Positions 1-12,585 of a stretch of 64,000 nt of DNA are shown here, piece by piece (the stretch's first letter is position 1; each line of letters begins with the position of its first letter). Source of the stretch: Rhizophagus irregularis (lineage: Eukaryota). The notes beneath the pieces were generated by a model, which was not told the origin of the DNA, did no database searches, and saw only the letters and a list, made by a program, of their open reading frames with translations. The translations under genes and the position numbers were made by a program. The stretch is from NCBI RefSeq assembly GCF_026210795.1, contig NC_089431.1, positions 1,736,001 to 1,800,000 on the forward strand, written 5' to 3'.

Positions 1-306
1 GGCAGAAAAAAGCTGACACCTTGGAATTTTTATTATTATCCATATATTCTTAGGACTGGAGAAGTGTGCAATCGGAGATGCTATGATCCAAAGGGATGTA
101 AAGTCCATCGAAATTCTAGGCAAGTTCTTTGCAAAGAACCCAGGTGTAAAGAGAATACAAGATCCAAATATGACTATTGCGATACGCATGCAAAAAAACA
201 TAGATCAAGGGAACATTATCATCAGAAAAAGCAGGCTAAGTTGGCTTCGACAGAGATACTGGTAGGTAATTTAGATATAAACAAAAATAATACGACTTGT
301 CACTAG
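1..306 (+). CDS. 5'-partial small Cys/His-rich basic protein (putative Zn-binding), function unknown
   Basis: Frame is open from base 1 (GRKKLTPWNFYYYPYILRTGEVCNRRCYDPKGCKVH...CKEPRC...CDTH...) to TAG at 306; two Cys/His clusters. Confidence 0.5.
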   Translation, partial: GRKKLTPWNFYYYPYILRTGEVCNRRCYDPKGCKVHRNSRQVLCKEPRCKENTRSKYDYCDTHAKKHRSREHYHQKKQAKLASTEILVGNLDINKNNTTCH

Positions 307-332
307 TGATACGATCCCTTTGGGATTCACTA

Positions 333-755
333 GAAAAATCCGTCCAAGTTTACTGGGACGAGTTAGGATGGAAACCAGGACGGAAAATTATAGCTAAATG
401 GCATTGTCGAATCGAACTAAAGGGAATTTGAATACCCGTCCTAGTTGTCATAGTTGTTCTAGAAAAAACGCAAGATCCCAGACTTTTTTATTTTTTTACA
501 TATAGGTATATATAGCATACATATATAACATACATACATAGCATGCATACATAACATACATACATAGCATGCATAAGATATAAAAAATCGGTTTTTCCTA
601 GAACTTTACTTTTTACTAGGACAACTATGACAACTAGGACATAGTATATAAGAACAAGTTAGATCAAAGAAAGAAGCTTTTCTCCTATATCAAAACCCGT
701 CCTAGTTCCCGTCCTAGTTGACCCAATAACTTAGACAACTAGGACAGAATTTTTA
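333..755. repeat. Nested degenerate inverted repeats around an (ACAT/GCAT)n core
   Basis: gtcctagttgtcatagttgttctag (~438-462) is inverted at ~616-640; an outer pair lies at ~333-383 / ~697-755; microsatellite-like centre at ~510-575. Confidence 0.6.
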
Positions 756-1682
756 GAACGAAATCCATCTCAAAAATATGTTTACATATTGCACCTCCAA
801 TTCTTTACTAACCAACCATCCGCCAGACTGGAGCTAGGAAGATTTCAGAAATATATGGATACAAAAATATGTGATACAAATGCATATATATTGGATTCCA
901 GAAATGTTCCAGAAATGTTTCCATTACTAGCCCGTAACTATGAATGGCTGTTCTGGTGATGGAACAGTATCACGTGTCTGGCGCAGTACCGGCCAGCATT
1001 ATTCCACAATTTCGGTCAGAACTTTGGGTATAAGAAGTCGGCATCCAAGCTGACATTCCATAACACTTCCATGATGGTTCCTCACTAGTTCCATGACAGC
1101 TTCACAGAAGTTCTAGGACACTATCAAGTCACCATCATGGTACTAAGCTGGATCCTCGAATCATATGCCCAAAAGATCGGCCAAAATTATGGTATAGTGC
1201 TGGCCAAAATTAATCGCAGATCTACTGCACCACCTAACATGATATTTTTTTACCATATTTCAGCATTTTGATAGATAACAAAATAGGTAAAAAAGAAAAG
1301 CACCCTCGAATCCTTAACAGACAACCAAAGAGGCGCAGAATGGCAAAAACTTCATCATAAAACTTAGAATCCAAATAATTGCAGACAGGCTGGACCTCCA
1401 ACATAGAATTTAATAACCAATCAACCATAGAATCCCAATAACATAAATTATATTAGAAAACGATTATTGGCGCAGAGAACCAAACAAAAATAGGTACATT
1501 TTGATTATTTAGTAACAGTAATATTTAGGTTATTTAATCACATGATCACAAATAATAAATGGGAAAAAGCTAAAGAAAAGCGGATTCAAAGGGAAGGAAT
1601 AGTAAGAAAAATAACTAGGTATACAAAATTGTCACAAACAGGTTATTTAGTTAGAGTATTTAATCATATTTAGGTTATTAAC

Positions 1683-1886
1683 TTTAGATTATTTAGATAT
1701 ATTTAAATTATTTAGTTATATTTAGATTATTTATAGTCATACTTAGATTATTTAGTTATATTTAGATTATTTATAGTCATACTTAGATTATTTAGTTATA
1801 GTTAGATTATTTTATTATTAAATAACCTAGTCTAAGCCGTTTATGACTAAATAATATAATTATATTATTTAGTCATAAACGGCTAG
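1683..1886. repeat. Short tandem repeats (ttagattatttagttata/tagtcatac) ending in a perfect 50-bp palindrome and CTAG
   Basis: 1835-1884 agccgtttatgactaaataatataattatattatttagtcataaacggct equals its own reverse complement. Confidence 0.8.
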
Positions 1887-2096
1887 TGTATTTCTTTTAA
1901 AAAATACTGTGATATTTCATAAAAAATATTTTTTTTTACTATTTTTATTTTTAAACTACTTGAATTTATAATTAATGAAAGAATTAATTTAAAATTCATG
2001 TTATTTCAAATTTTTGTCAACTCAGTTCTTAATTTTTATATTACATTTTTTTTTATATAAAATTTTTTTAAATTAAACTTCTTTTTCCAAACACAC

Positions 2097-3055
2097 TATA
2101 ATCTCCACTTTGGACAAATGAAATCAACTTTATTTATTAATTGAAAGTTGTTCAGGCGGGTTAAAAGCACTTGAATATTAATTTTCATGAATGTAGATGT
2201 AGTGCTTAGAGAAGATTGCATTTTTCTTGATGATATTAACTCTCTTTTCTGTTTTTTTTTTAATTTAGAGCGTTTTGGACAAATGAAATCAACTTTATTT
2301 ATTAATTGAAAGTTGTTCAGGCGGGTTGATTCTACTTGAATATTAATTTTCATGAAAATAGGTGTAGTGCTTAAAGAAGATTGCATTTTTCTTGATGATA
2401 TTAACTCTCTTTTCTGTTTTTTTAATTTAGAGCGTAATATCTCCACTTTGGACAAATGAAATCAACTTCATTTATTAATTGAAAGTTGTTCAGGTGGGTT
2501 GATTCTGCTTGAATATTAATTTTCATGAATATAGGTGTAGTACTTAGAGAAGATTGCATTTTTCTTGATGATATTAACTCTCTTTTCTGTTTTTTTTTAA
2601 TTAGAGCGTAATATCTCCACTTTGGACAAATGAAATCAACTTCATTTATTAATTGAAAGTTGTTCAGGTGGGTTGATTCTACTTGAATATTAATTTTCAT
2701 GAATATAGGTGTAGTGCTTAGAGAAGATTGCATTTTTCTTGATGATATTAACTCTCTATCTTTTCTGTTTTTTTAATTTAGAGCGTAATATCTCCACTTT
2801 GGACAAATGAAATCAACTTTATTTATTAATTAAAAATTGTTCAGGTGGATTGATTCTACTTGAATATTAATTTTTATGAATGTAGGTGTAGTGCTTAAAG
2901 AAAATTGCATTTTTCTTAATGATATTAACTCTCTTTTCTGTTTTTTTTAATTTAGAGCGTAATATATCTACTTTGGACAAATGAAATCAACTTCATTTAT
3001 TAATTGAAAGTTGTTCAGGCGGGTTGATTCTACTTGAATATTAATTTTTATAAGA
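2097..3055. repeat. Tandem repeat, about 5.5 copies of a ~174-bp unit
   Basis: Units restart with atctccactttggacaaatgaaatcaac at ~2100, ~2273 (deleted start), ~2437, ~2610, ~2787 and ~2961; this explains the repetitive ORFs 2096..2455 and 2422..2733. Confidence 0.95.
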
Positions 3056-3149
3056 TTTCATTTTTTTGTAGCTGTATTAAATTTAAAACACTTATTACAA
3101 CTTACATCATTATTTTAAATCATAAAAATTAATTTATATTATTGGCTAA

Positions 3150-3488
3150 TTATAATCACATTGATACTAAGGATTTTTTTATTTTTATATTTGATTTAAT
3201 AATTTAATAAAATATTATTAAAATCAAATTCATATAAATGCAACTAATATTAATAATTGTAATTTAAGTAGTAAATTCATTAACCAAATCATGTAAATTC
3301 TATGCTTAAAGTATGTAATTTCTGTGATCAAATCAATATAAATTCAGCATAAATTATGGTCAAATCATGCAAATGATGCATTTTGTAATATGGAATCGTG
3401 CATTTTCTGTATTCCTATATAGATTAGAAATATTATTTTTAACAAAAAATTGTATAAAACCTTATTAAAAACATGATTTTTTATAGGA
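3150..3488. mobile_element. One terminus of a CACTA/CMC-like element related to 29206-30721
   Basis: 3180-3350 aligns by eye with the reverse complement of ~29330-29500; ends in ttttttatagga, matching the family TIR. Confidence 0.55.
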
Positions 3489-5763
3489 TCTAATTATAAT
3501 AAATTTTATTATTCAGTAATATTTTAGTGATTTTACATACAATTCAATTTATTTATATCAAAGAATTTTTTTAATTATAAATGTTATATTTGGGGGATGA
3601 AGTCCCCGGCAAATTGCATATTCTAGTTTAGTAGTAAGCTGAAAGATAAGAAACGGATGGAATCAGAATATATCATGCCGTATTTTTTAGGTTGCACATA
3701 ATATTAAGTTTTAAATGAAATTCCAAAAGTGTTAACTTAACAAAGGAAATACTTAATTTTTTTTAAGAGAGATAACTTCTCAAAGTTTGAATTTGTAATT
3801 TCTGCCATTACACAACAATCTCATAAAGTACTTGAAAGTTCCTAGTATATAGAAGTGTTATTTGTTAACGAATCTTCCAGTTAACTGAAAAAATAGTTAT
3901 AGCATTATTATATAGTGGGGAAGTTAACTGAAAAAAATAGTTATAGCATTATTATATAGTGGGGAAGGGAACCGCTAAGTACTTATAAGGTTAATGTACA
4001 ATGATAAGCGTCGATGGCCGGACAAATTCAGACTTGGCCTTGTGCATATGAGAAATTATTCTTATTATCTTCGCTTCGAAGAACAATGAAGAACAATGCA
4101 GTGTTATCTTTTAATCAATTAACTTTTCTGGAATTTCATTTAAACTTGATTTGTGAACTGAATGCATCTATCCGTGTTTCTGTCATCCATCTGTACCATG
4201 TAGTACAAGCTAGGCAGTGATAAGATTGGAAGCACCTTGATCATGTGAAATATTTTGTCCAACAATATTTAATTATACGAAAAACAAAGATTCATTAATA
4301 CTTTAGAAAATTTACATATTTGATATTTCATTTAAATAATAATATTAGTATTATCTTCAGCATTTTCAGTATCTTCAGGAATTTCAGAATATTCAACTTC
4401 GGAATCTTCAACTTCAGTTTCAACATTCAGATCAGAAATTGTGCCTTATTTTGCTGTAATTCCTTTCCTCTTAATGAAAAATTAATAGATGCACAAAGTT
4501 GACTCATTGCCAACACTTTATCATTCTATTAAAAATCATTTAATAAAAAAATTCATTAGTTAAAAGTAATAAAAATCCCATTTATTTAAAGATAAAAAAA
4601 ATTATTTCTAGTCGTTAAAGATAAAAAAATTCCCGATCATTAAATCCTGATCATTGATCCCATTCATTAAGTTAATAAAAATTTCATTCATTGATTCCAA
4701 TCGTTAAAAATAAAAAATTCCATTTGTTTGTCAAATTCCATTTATTAAGATTTAAGAATAAAAGTTAAAAATAATAAAAATAAAAAATTTGCTAGTTAAA
4801 ATAATAAAAATACAAGTTAAAAAATAATTAAAAATAAAATCTTACAATTAAATTATGACGAGCTGTATGTAAAAAAACCCATAAATGACACATTTTCTCA
4901 ACTGAAGCTGCATTCACACATCTTCTAAAAATTTTAAAAGCAACTGCACCCAGTTCTCTATACTCACTTTCTACAAAAAGATCAAAATTTAAAGACATCA
5001 TCTCACGAATTGTTCAAAAGTTTCATCATTAAATGGTTCAACTTTTCTACAAAAATCTTCAAACTCCAACAATAATCGCTTTGGTCTTTTTTTAAGGGTG
5101 TTGCTAAATCTCACCGCAGGTAATTTTTACCGCTTAATTTTGGCCGAATTATAGTCTCAGCCAGTTTTGCGAGTAGTTTGCGTGCCGGTAATATTTATCT
5201 TCGAAAAAAAAGAAAAAAAATAATATTATAAAATAAAAATTACTTTATTAATTGCCAATCTGCCACTCAACGATACAAAATTGATTAGTAGATCTGTCGC
5301 AAGTTCTTATATGAATGATGTCAAACAGCACATTTCAACTCCAATTTTATCCTACATAAGTCATGCTTAATGTAACCATACTTTACCAATCAATAATGCA
5401 AAACGTGAATATGTCACAAAAAAAAATTTTTTTTCGTTTGCTATAAAATTTAAAGAGTTTACTTTGGAGGAAGTCACCATTCCAGCTCATATTTTAGGTA
5501 ACTTTACACCAACTATTCGTGAATTTTGCAAATTTTACAAGGTTTTTTTGTATTATTATATAATTCATGGTATATTCTTGTTTAGATAGGACCCAGAAAT
5601 ATATATAAAAGGGTCAGGTTTGAGTTTGCATATTTTGAACTAAAAAAGGTATGAAAATCTTTCCTTTTTTAGATAATTTTTGATAATGCCAGACAGACTT
5701 TTATTTCCTATTATAGTAACCGACTGGCATTATCATAATTCCAGCCCTGAAAAAATGTGTATA

Positions 5764-6414
5764 TGGTGCAAGTAAACTATATTCAACAATAAAATTGTAG
5801 TACTAAAAAATCTTATAAAATTTTAAAAAATAAATTTTAAAGAAAATAAACTGGTAGTTTTATTCTTCAAGACAAGTACTATCAAATTACTGGTCAGATT
5901 TTTGAAAAAAGATCTGTATAAAAAGTTATAGGCATTTAAAACTAACCAATTTTTATATGATCACCTAAATTTGAAACAAATTGAATCACATGTGCCCTAT
6001 CTTATTGGTCAAAAATTTTTATAATTCAGGCTAAAATTATGATATTTCAATGCTGGCCCGAATTATCACATTCATTTGATGAGAAAACCTTCTGATTCAT
6101 GAGAAAATCATCACATGTGAATGAGAAAATTTCGATCTGGCTTTACTGATGCCATGTAAAACAAAATGACAACAACAAGTTAGTAAGATACTTAGGAAAA
6201 AATGTTATTATATATTACAATACCATGTAATTCAAATATGAAGAGTTTCAATGAATAAATTTTTCGTTTTGACATAAAATATTATTTACGAAACAGTGTA
6301 ACATATAAAAATTCTCATTTTTTATTGGACAATGTCTGATCACGTGATATTAAAACTTGTGCCAGAAAATTGAAACATCATCACGTGATTGTCAAGTATA
6401 GTTTACTTGCACCA
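5764..6414. mobile_element. Nested TA-flanked MITE (layer 4)
   Basis: TIR tggtgcaagtaaactata / tatagtttacttgcacca, TA on both sides. Confidence 0.85.
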
Positions 6415-6449
6415 TAGCTCATAGTAAAAAATTTTTTTCATCACCTGAC

Positions 6450-6797
6450 TAGGATGGCAATGGTCGGTCATGGTCGGTCATCGGTTAGTCATAACCAGTC
6501 AAGAACCTTTGACTGACCGACTGACCGTTTGACTGACTGTTTAACCGATCCTAAAAACATTTGTGAAACGTAATTTAATAAAAAAACGTATAAAAAATGG
6601 TTTCGCAACATTTTCTATTAAAATAATTAAAAAACGTTTGCAAAACATTTTTTTTATTAAATTACATTTCGCAAACATTTTCAGGATCGGTTAAATGGTC
6701 GGTCAAATGGTCGGTCAAATGGTCGGTCAGAGGTCTTTGACTGACCGATATCGGTAACGGTCATAACCGGTCATAACCATGATCGTTGCCATCCCTA
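6450..6797. mobile_element. hAT-type MITE inserted into the right TIR of the layer-3 element
   Basis: Ends tagg(g)atggcaa / ttgccatcccta; 8-bp TSD cacctgac / cacctaac; subterminal ggtcggtca repeats. Confidence 0.85.
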
Positions 6798-7230
6798 CAC
6801 CTAACCCCTATATATATATTTCTGGGTCCTGTTTAGATTAACAAAATAATGTTTTAAAAAAAAAGAAAATAAAAATTTTTTTTTTTTTTTTTTTGGCAAT
6901 GTTTTAATTTTACCAGTTTTATAAAACTATACCTAAGTAATGTAACACCTTTTTTTAATGTATTTTTAGGGCATTTATATTACAACAAAACATTTTAAAC
7001 TTGTGCAAATACCATTTAGAAGCAATAGTATTTAATATAAAAATGTCTGACAAGATTAATTATAGATTGCCGATCATTTTGTATCGCTGAGTGGCGAATC
7101 GGCAATTAATACTTTTTACAACAAGTACATTTAAAAGATAATTTCATTCACACTTTATTAAATTTATTAAATAAATAAACAAATATTTTTAAAGAAAATT
7201 ATTTCTAAATACACTGTTATAAAAATGTTA

Positions 7231-7496
7231 TCGTATAGCACTGACTAAGAGACCCCCCTTTCGGCGTACCCCATATAAAATACCCGTCTCATCATCTCAA
7301 TATACCATGTAGTAATGTAGATCTATTTTATTCCTAAAAATTAGAATATTTAACCAATATTATAAATTAAATTTAAAATTTTCATAGATTAAATTTGTCT
7401 TGTACTGATAGGAAGAACGTACACACCCGGATATAATTCAATTTTTAAATCGCTGAAATTGATATAGACCCAGGTATTTTAGGTAGTGCTATACGG
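7231..7496. mobile_element. TA-flanked Tc1/mariner-type MITE
   Basis: TIR cgtatagcact / agtgctatacg, TA flanks. Confidence 0.65.
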
Positions 7497-8124
7497 TAAT
7501 TACTCCACAAATACTCAAGTTAGCTTATTAATATCTAATTAATCCCACGCCAGTAAATGATTTTGATTAATACTTCATAAGGCTTGTTTAATTTAACAAA
7601 AGTACTAAATTACATTGTAAAATGAAAAAAATTAACCGTGTGCGACACAGTAAAAAATATTCATATTTTTGCAAATATTAAAGCCATTTTGATAAAAATT
7701 AATATTTGAGTAATTAAACAACTTATTTCATTTAGCAAAAACCCTGAAATAACACAAGTCACGTGGGTGAAAAATTTTTTAACTTTATAATTCGGCCAAA
7801 ATTAAGCGGTGAAAATCACCTGCAGTGAGATTTAGCAACGCCCTTTGTTAAACTGTGTTTTGTAATAATATGTTAAATACCATCCCAAAGAAGCATATTT
7901 TGGATGAAGCATAAAAGAGAATAGTATTAACAGTTGCACCCATTGATCCATCTCTTTCCTAGTCGATTGATCATTTAGTTACCGCTCCAAAATTGAACAA
8001 AATAACCAATAGCATGGAGTACTTCAGATAAACGTGCTTTATCACATTGAAATGTGTTTTAAGATACTACAAGCTTAACTGATCGTATGGTCGTAGATGA
8101 TGACGAAACTTACAGCGATTTTTT

Positions 8125-8193
8125 CCAGCATTAGGATGGAACTTGGGGCAGAATTAAGAATATGAATGTAACTAAAATCCATCCTAATGCTGG
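8125..8193. mobile_element. Tiny foldback insertion in the hAT pseudogene
   Basis: Perfect 16-bp inverted repeat ccagcattaggatgga / tccatcctaatgctgg. Confidence 0.6.
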
Positions 8194-8989
8194 TAAAGGA
8201 GATGATCACCCAGGTGATACTCGTAATAAAATATCTGTAAAAGCTCAATCATTTATTATCTAAAAGTATTTGACAAAATCCTGAATTTAGACAAAGTTTA
8301 TCAGTGTTTGATGAACCAACTTGTGGACGTTCATGACAAATTGCTAGATTCTATTCTAAAAAAAAAATTAATTATATAAATAATTATATAAAATAAAAAG
8401 AGTATACTTACTCGTAAAGCTTGTTAATTTAAGTAAAATGAAATTTATATTATATTAAACTAACACGTATAAATTTAAAATCTTATATATTTCGTTGTCC
8501 ATTAGTTCGACTTTATTTGAATTCATCTGCACTTTAAGCACTAACGTATTGCATAATAAATAAATATGTGCGTATTAGCAGACTTTGTAAGAAAGAAATG
8601 TAAACTTTTAATGCCAATAAAATTTATCATTAATTATGAAAATTATTTTTTATTTGCTAAATTGATACAATATATAAAAGTGCTTGGCAAACAAAATAAT
8701 TGGAAAACAACAAAATGGGAGCTTAAACTCTATATAATTCTGTTATTAATATTCCTAGATGTGGGTCTTAAGGTAAATAAATCATATGATTTAATAATTA
8801 TATCACTACTTCCAATCTTCCAATAGAAATTGGCGTTTGAAGGCTTTTGACATATCATTTACTTCATTTGGTGAAATTAGTAGCCCAATATTTACCATAT
8901 TTAGAATATTTATGTTACGTAGATAAATATGGTATAAAATTTTTTTTTTTAGGTTTTTTTTTCTTTCTCGTTCTCGTTTTTCAAAAAAA

Positions 8990-10378
8990 ATGACGAGAGG
9001 ATATTCATTGGAAGAAAATTTAAGGTCATTAATAGATAATGAAAAATATAGCGATATAGAAATATTATGTGAAAATGAAAAGAAATTACATGGTTCTAGA
9101 GCAATTTTAGCGGCAAGGTCAGAAGTATTTAACATATTACTTTATAATGGGATGAAAGAAAACCAAATTTCTTTTTCAAACATTAATTCTTCTGTAATGA
9201 AAATTGTATTAGGATATATTTATACTGGTTCAATTAAAAAAGAATCTTTAAACAAAAATAATATAGTTGAAATCTTTTATGCTGCGGGTCATTTTCAATT
9301 ATCATCTCTTCAAGAATTTATTTTGGCAACTATTAAGAATGCAGATTATTTGAAAAGTTATTCACCAGAATTATTATCCAAAGTTGTGGATAAAATGCCA
9401 GAAGATAATATTCTTCTAAATTTATTGGAAGAAACGGTATCAATTATACCATTAGATACTATTGAACACGGTCGATTATCTATTAAAGCACTTCATCATC
9501 TTTTATCTTGCACGTATAAAAAGGAAAAACCTTTTATCACTCCAGAATACGAAGTTTTTCGACATAGTGCTATTCTTGCAGCAAAACAAGTTTCTAATGA
9601 TGCGTATGAAGCTCTTATGAGAAGGTTACCGGCCTTAGAACAAGTAGGGAATTCAAACCAAGTACAAAATAGTAATTCTATTACTGATCATCAAAAAGTT
9701 GCCAATGAATTGGAGCCTTTGACTCATTTTATTGATTTTAGTCAAATAGAAAGTCAAATTTTATCCAATATTATTGAACCATTAGAAATCACTCCATCTA
9801 ATATGATTGTAAGTGTTTATCGTCAGATAGCTAAATCAAATAATTTATGTCCTAGTGGAGTTCGAGGAATATCAATGTATAAATTTACAGAATCAGATTA
9901 TGTTTGGGATGAATCAGCATGTGGATCAAGACTTATTGTTGAAGACAATGGAAGAGTCGTGCATGCACCACATAGTGGTGGACATCAAAGTGTTAGAGCT
10001 AAAATGCCATTAGATTATAAAGGAATTTTTGAATGGAGCGTCATTATTGAAAAACATTGTTTTGATACTTGGGTTGGGGTATGTGCATCAGAAAATCTTA
10101 ATTATGAAAGTTGGGCAGGATGTCAACCTACCGGATGGGTATTAGGTACCTATGGTAAATTTAAGAATTCTGATAAAGGAACAAATTATTGTTTACAATT
10201 TCGAAAGGATAATACAAAAGTAACTGTTCATCTAAATATGTATAAAAAAACTTGTGCTTTTTCAATTGATGATACAAAATATAAGGAAATATCAGTGAAG
10301 GATTTACCATCAAAACTTTATCCAGTAGTATCATTAAGTCATCTTGGTCGGCTTCGAATTTTACCTTATCAAAAGTAA
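8990..10378 (+). CDS. BTB/POZ + SPRY (concanavalin A-like) domain protein, intronless, 462 aa
   Basis: N-terminal YSDIEILC...LHGSRAILAARSEVFN...YIYTG BTB signature; C-terminal FEWSVIIEK...WVGVC...VTVHLNM..KTCAFSID...LYPVVSL SPRY-type fold. Confidence 0.9.
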   Translation: MTRGYSLEENLRSLIDNEKYSDIEILCENEKKLHGSRAILAARSEVFNILLYNGMKENQISFSNINSSVMKIVLGYIYTGSIKKESLNKNNIVEIFYAAGHFQLSSLQEFILATIKNADYLKSYSPELLSKVVDKMPEDNILLNLLEETVSIIPLDTIEHGRLSIKALHHLLSCTYKKEKPFITPEYEVFRHSAILAAKQVSNDAYEALMRRLPALEQVGNSNQVQNSNSITDHQKVANELEPLTHFIDFSQIESQILSNIIEPLEITPSNMIVSVYRQIAKSNNLCPSGVRGISMYKFTESDYVWDESACGSRLIVEDNGRVVHAPHSGGHQSVRAKMPLDYKGIFEWSVIIEKHCFDTWVGVCASENLNYESWAGCQPTGWVLGTYGKFKNSDKGTNYCLQFRKDNTKVTVHLNMYKKTCAFSIDDTKYKEISVKDLPSKLYPVVSLSHLGRLRILPYQK

Positions 10379-11974
10379 ATTTTTGATAGTTAAAAAAAAA
10401 TCATTGTATTTTATTTGGAAATTTTATATCAATACAAATATGATTTGTGTTTTTTTTATTGACACTTGTCAAAAAGATTGTAGAATCATCGATAATGTAT
10501 ATTTTGAGACGATGAAATTGTTATAACTTTTAAATGAGAAAATTATTATTTTTTATATTATTACATATATATATATTTATTTATTTTTATTTTAGATAAA
10601 AGCTATAGTTATAATAGCAGCCAAAATAACTTTTGCAAATGTACTCTTAAGTGTTCAAGTATAAAAAGTGTAACGGTCATAAATATTACTTCTAAAAAAC
10701 TTATTTTATTTTATTTTATTGAAGAAAATGGTCAATATGGTGAAGTACATAAAAGGAAAAAATAAATAGAAAACCTAAACATGATTATCCTAACTAAATT
10801 ATCCTAACTAATGTTAATCTACAAAATATTACTCGCCCGTATCACACCACTTTGTGGAGATTTTGTGCCCAAGAAAGCTATCCCTTATATAGGTCTGTAT
10901 CTAAAGAATCTAAAGAATCTGATATGTAACTTCCTGTAAGTACCTGCTGTGTCATATGGTAATCGTGAAGGCTGCGATCTATTTTTTTTGGCTCAAAAAT
11001 TTTACTTCAACTGATTCATCAGCTCATCATGATCATGAGTCATACAATTAAGTTGGCAAATTCTATTATCGGTATTTAAATTAATTGTTATTGACGCAAC
11101 ATGATAAATCAGACCTTTAAAATATATTAAATATGATGATTATTGTTAGAAAATGTACAAATGCTTCAAAAAAATTTTATTTCTTTTCTCACCGAACCAG
11201 TATCGAAAACCTAAACGAAGAAAACAGAAATTATCTTGTTAAACAATTAAAAAAAAAAATTCCAGAAATTAATGATCCACTCCTCGTGAACGAAGCTGGT
11301 TGACCAACAGACAAAATACAGATCCTGTTCATACCAAAGTGGATTGATTGCATGTACGGTTTTCTTTTAAGGATCTCTTTGTTATTTTTTTTACTAGTAA
11401 TCTGACATCTACTTTTACTTATTTTTTTTTGGTTAGATATTTAACGATACCTGGTTGTAGTGTTTCGATCCGGATAAAACCTCAAATATTTTAACGTGGG
11501 ATTATGATTAAAAAAGGTTACAAATTTCGGCTTTGAGTGGACTATAATTTCGGCCAGAATTAAAATAATATTATTCCATAAATTTTTATTAATTTTGGTG
11601 GTCCCAGCCTAAATTAACCGAGCCGGTATCCGGATAAAAACCGGATTAAACCGCTACGGATCGAAACTCTACCTGGTTGTGAAAGAGCTACATCAGGTGC
11701 AAATCCCTCCAGTTCCATTTTCTCTATCACCTCAACCGGAGATATTTCGGATTTCCGGCTGATCAAATTGTTATGAACGTTACTATTGATCTCTCCGATC
11801 AAAGACACTGGTGAAGGAAACTCTGACGTCAGAAGGGCATTTTTAGTGTCCAATGTTAGACCATACAATTTACAAGTTCTTGAATTTAGTAATATATTCA
11901 ATGGTTAAAGTAAATATTTTTCAAAAGAACCATTTTTTTCCACACACATCTGGATAAAATCTTTTTGTAAATTC

Positions 11975-12585
11975 TAGAAATGAAGGGTAAAGTGACCAGT
12001 TATAGATAGTAATGAGGCTATGTGTTGCGAGTATATTTCTACAATCTTGCACATGGCAGTAAGTCTTATCAATGGTTTGATAATCACACCTCAGGCGAAT
12101 ATAATTGGTGAAGAGAACACTGACCGCGTTGACTATTCAATCACAAAAATTATCAGTGAAATGTTAGAGGAAATAATTTGCATAATTTGCATAACCGAGG
12201 ACAAACCATTTCAGGCGACATTGGGTGTCTGCCAAAACTTACTACAGTACAGGTTATTGCTAACTTGCTTCGCCACTCCAGATGAACATAAATATGAACA
12301 AGAAAAAGCGAAAGGCTGGTGATACGTTCGATTCCGATTACGAATACGTCGATTGTATAGTCAGTACTGGAACTGATTGGTACTTTACTCTTCATAGCAT
12401 TGAGAGCATCTATAGTACGAGCAGGACTGGATATCAAATTCCATTGACGGAAGATGCTCTCAAGGATTCAACCGAGTTGCGCAAGAGTGTAAAGATTGAA
12501 GGTATTGTGAGGTTGTTAATGGATAGGGGCACATAGGGCATCGGCTAGTAAAGAACCTGAAACTAAGAAGCGTGAAGGAAAATAG
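11975..12585 (+). pseudogene. Frameshifted relic of a PD-(D/E)xK-type (Crinkler-associated REase-like) protein
   Basis: NEAMCCEYISTILH...GEENTDRVDYSI...ICITEDK...QNLLQ in one frame, then KKRKAGDTFD...IVSTGTDWYF in another; family recalled from memory, not searched. Confidence 0.6.

Larger units (their letters stand above)
5588..6830. mobile_element. Nested TIR element (layer 3)
   Basis: TIR aggacccagaaatatatata; perfect 8-bp TSD gtttagat (5580-5587, 6831-6838). Confidence 0.9.
5247..7110. mobile_element. Nested TIR element (layer 2)
   Basis: TIR attaattgccaatctgccactcaacgatacaaaat / attttgtatcgctgagtggcgaatcggcaattaat; flanking direct repeat acttt. Confidence 0.8.
5096..7843. mobile_element. 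Non-autonomous TIR element (outermost layer of the nest)
   Basis: ~59-bp TIR ggg(t/c)gttgctaaatctcac...ttggccgaattata; 8-bp flanks ttttttaa / tttgttaa (7 of 8 match). Confidence 0.85.
4320..8360 (-). pseudogene. hAT-family transposase pseudogene, C-terminal half, split by nested MITEs
   Basis: Hand translation across frameshifts gives FQCDKARLSEVLHAIGYFVQFW...FMLHPKY...GWYLTYYY (7860-8060). It continues past the insertion as RPKRLLLEFEDF...RELGAVAFKIF..CVNAASVEKM..FMGFLHTAR (hAT dimerisation-type motif, 4855-5090), then an intron at 4526-4845, then DDKVLAMSQL. Confidence 0.75.

Noticed and set aside
3590..3627. Helitron 3' end (gggga-tgaag-tcccc ... CTAG|T)
   Set aside because: Short hairpin only, with no supporting body or 5' end found; left uncalled
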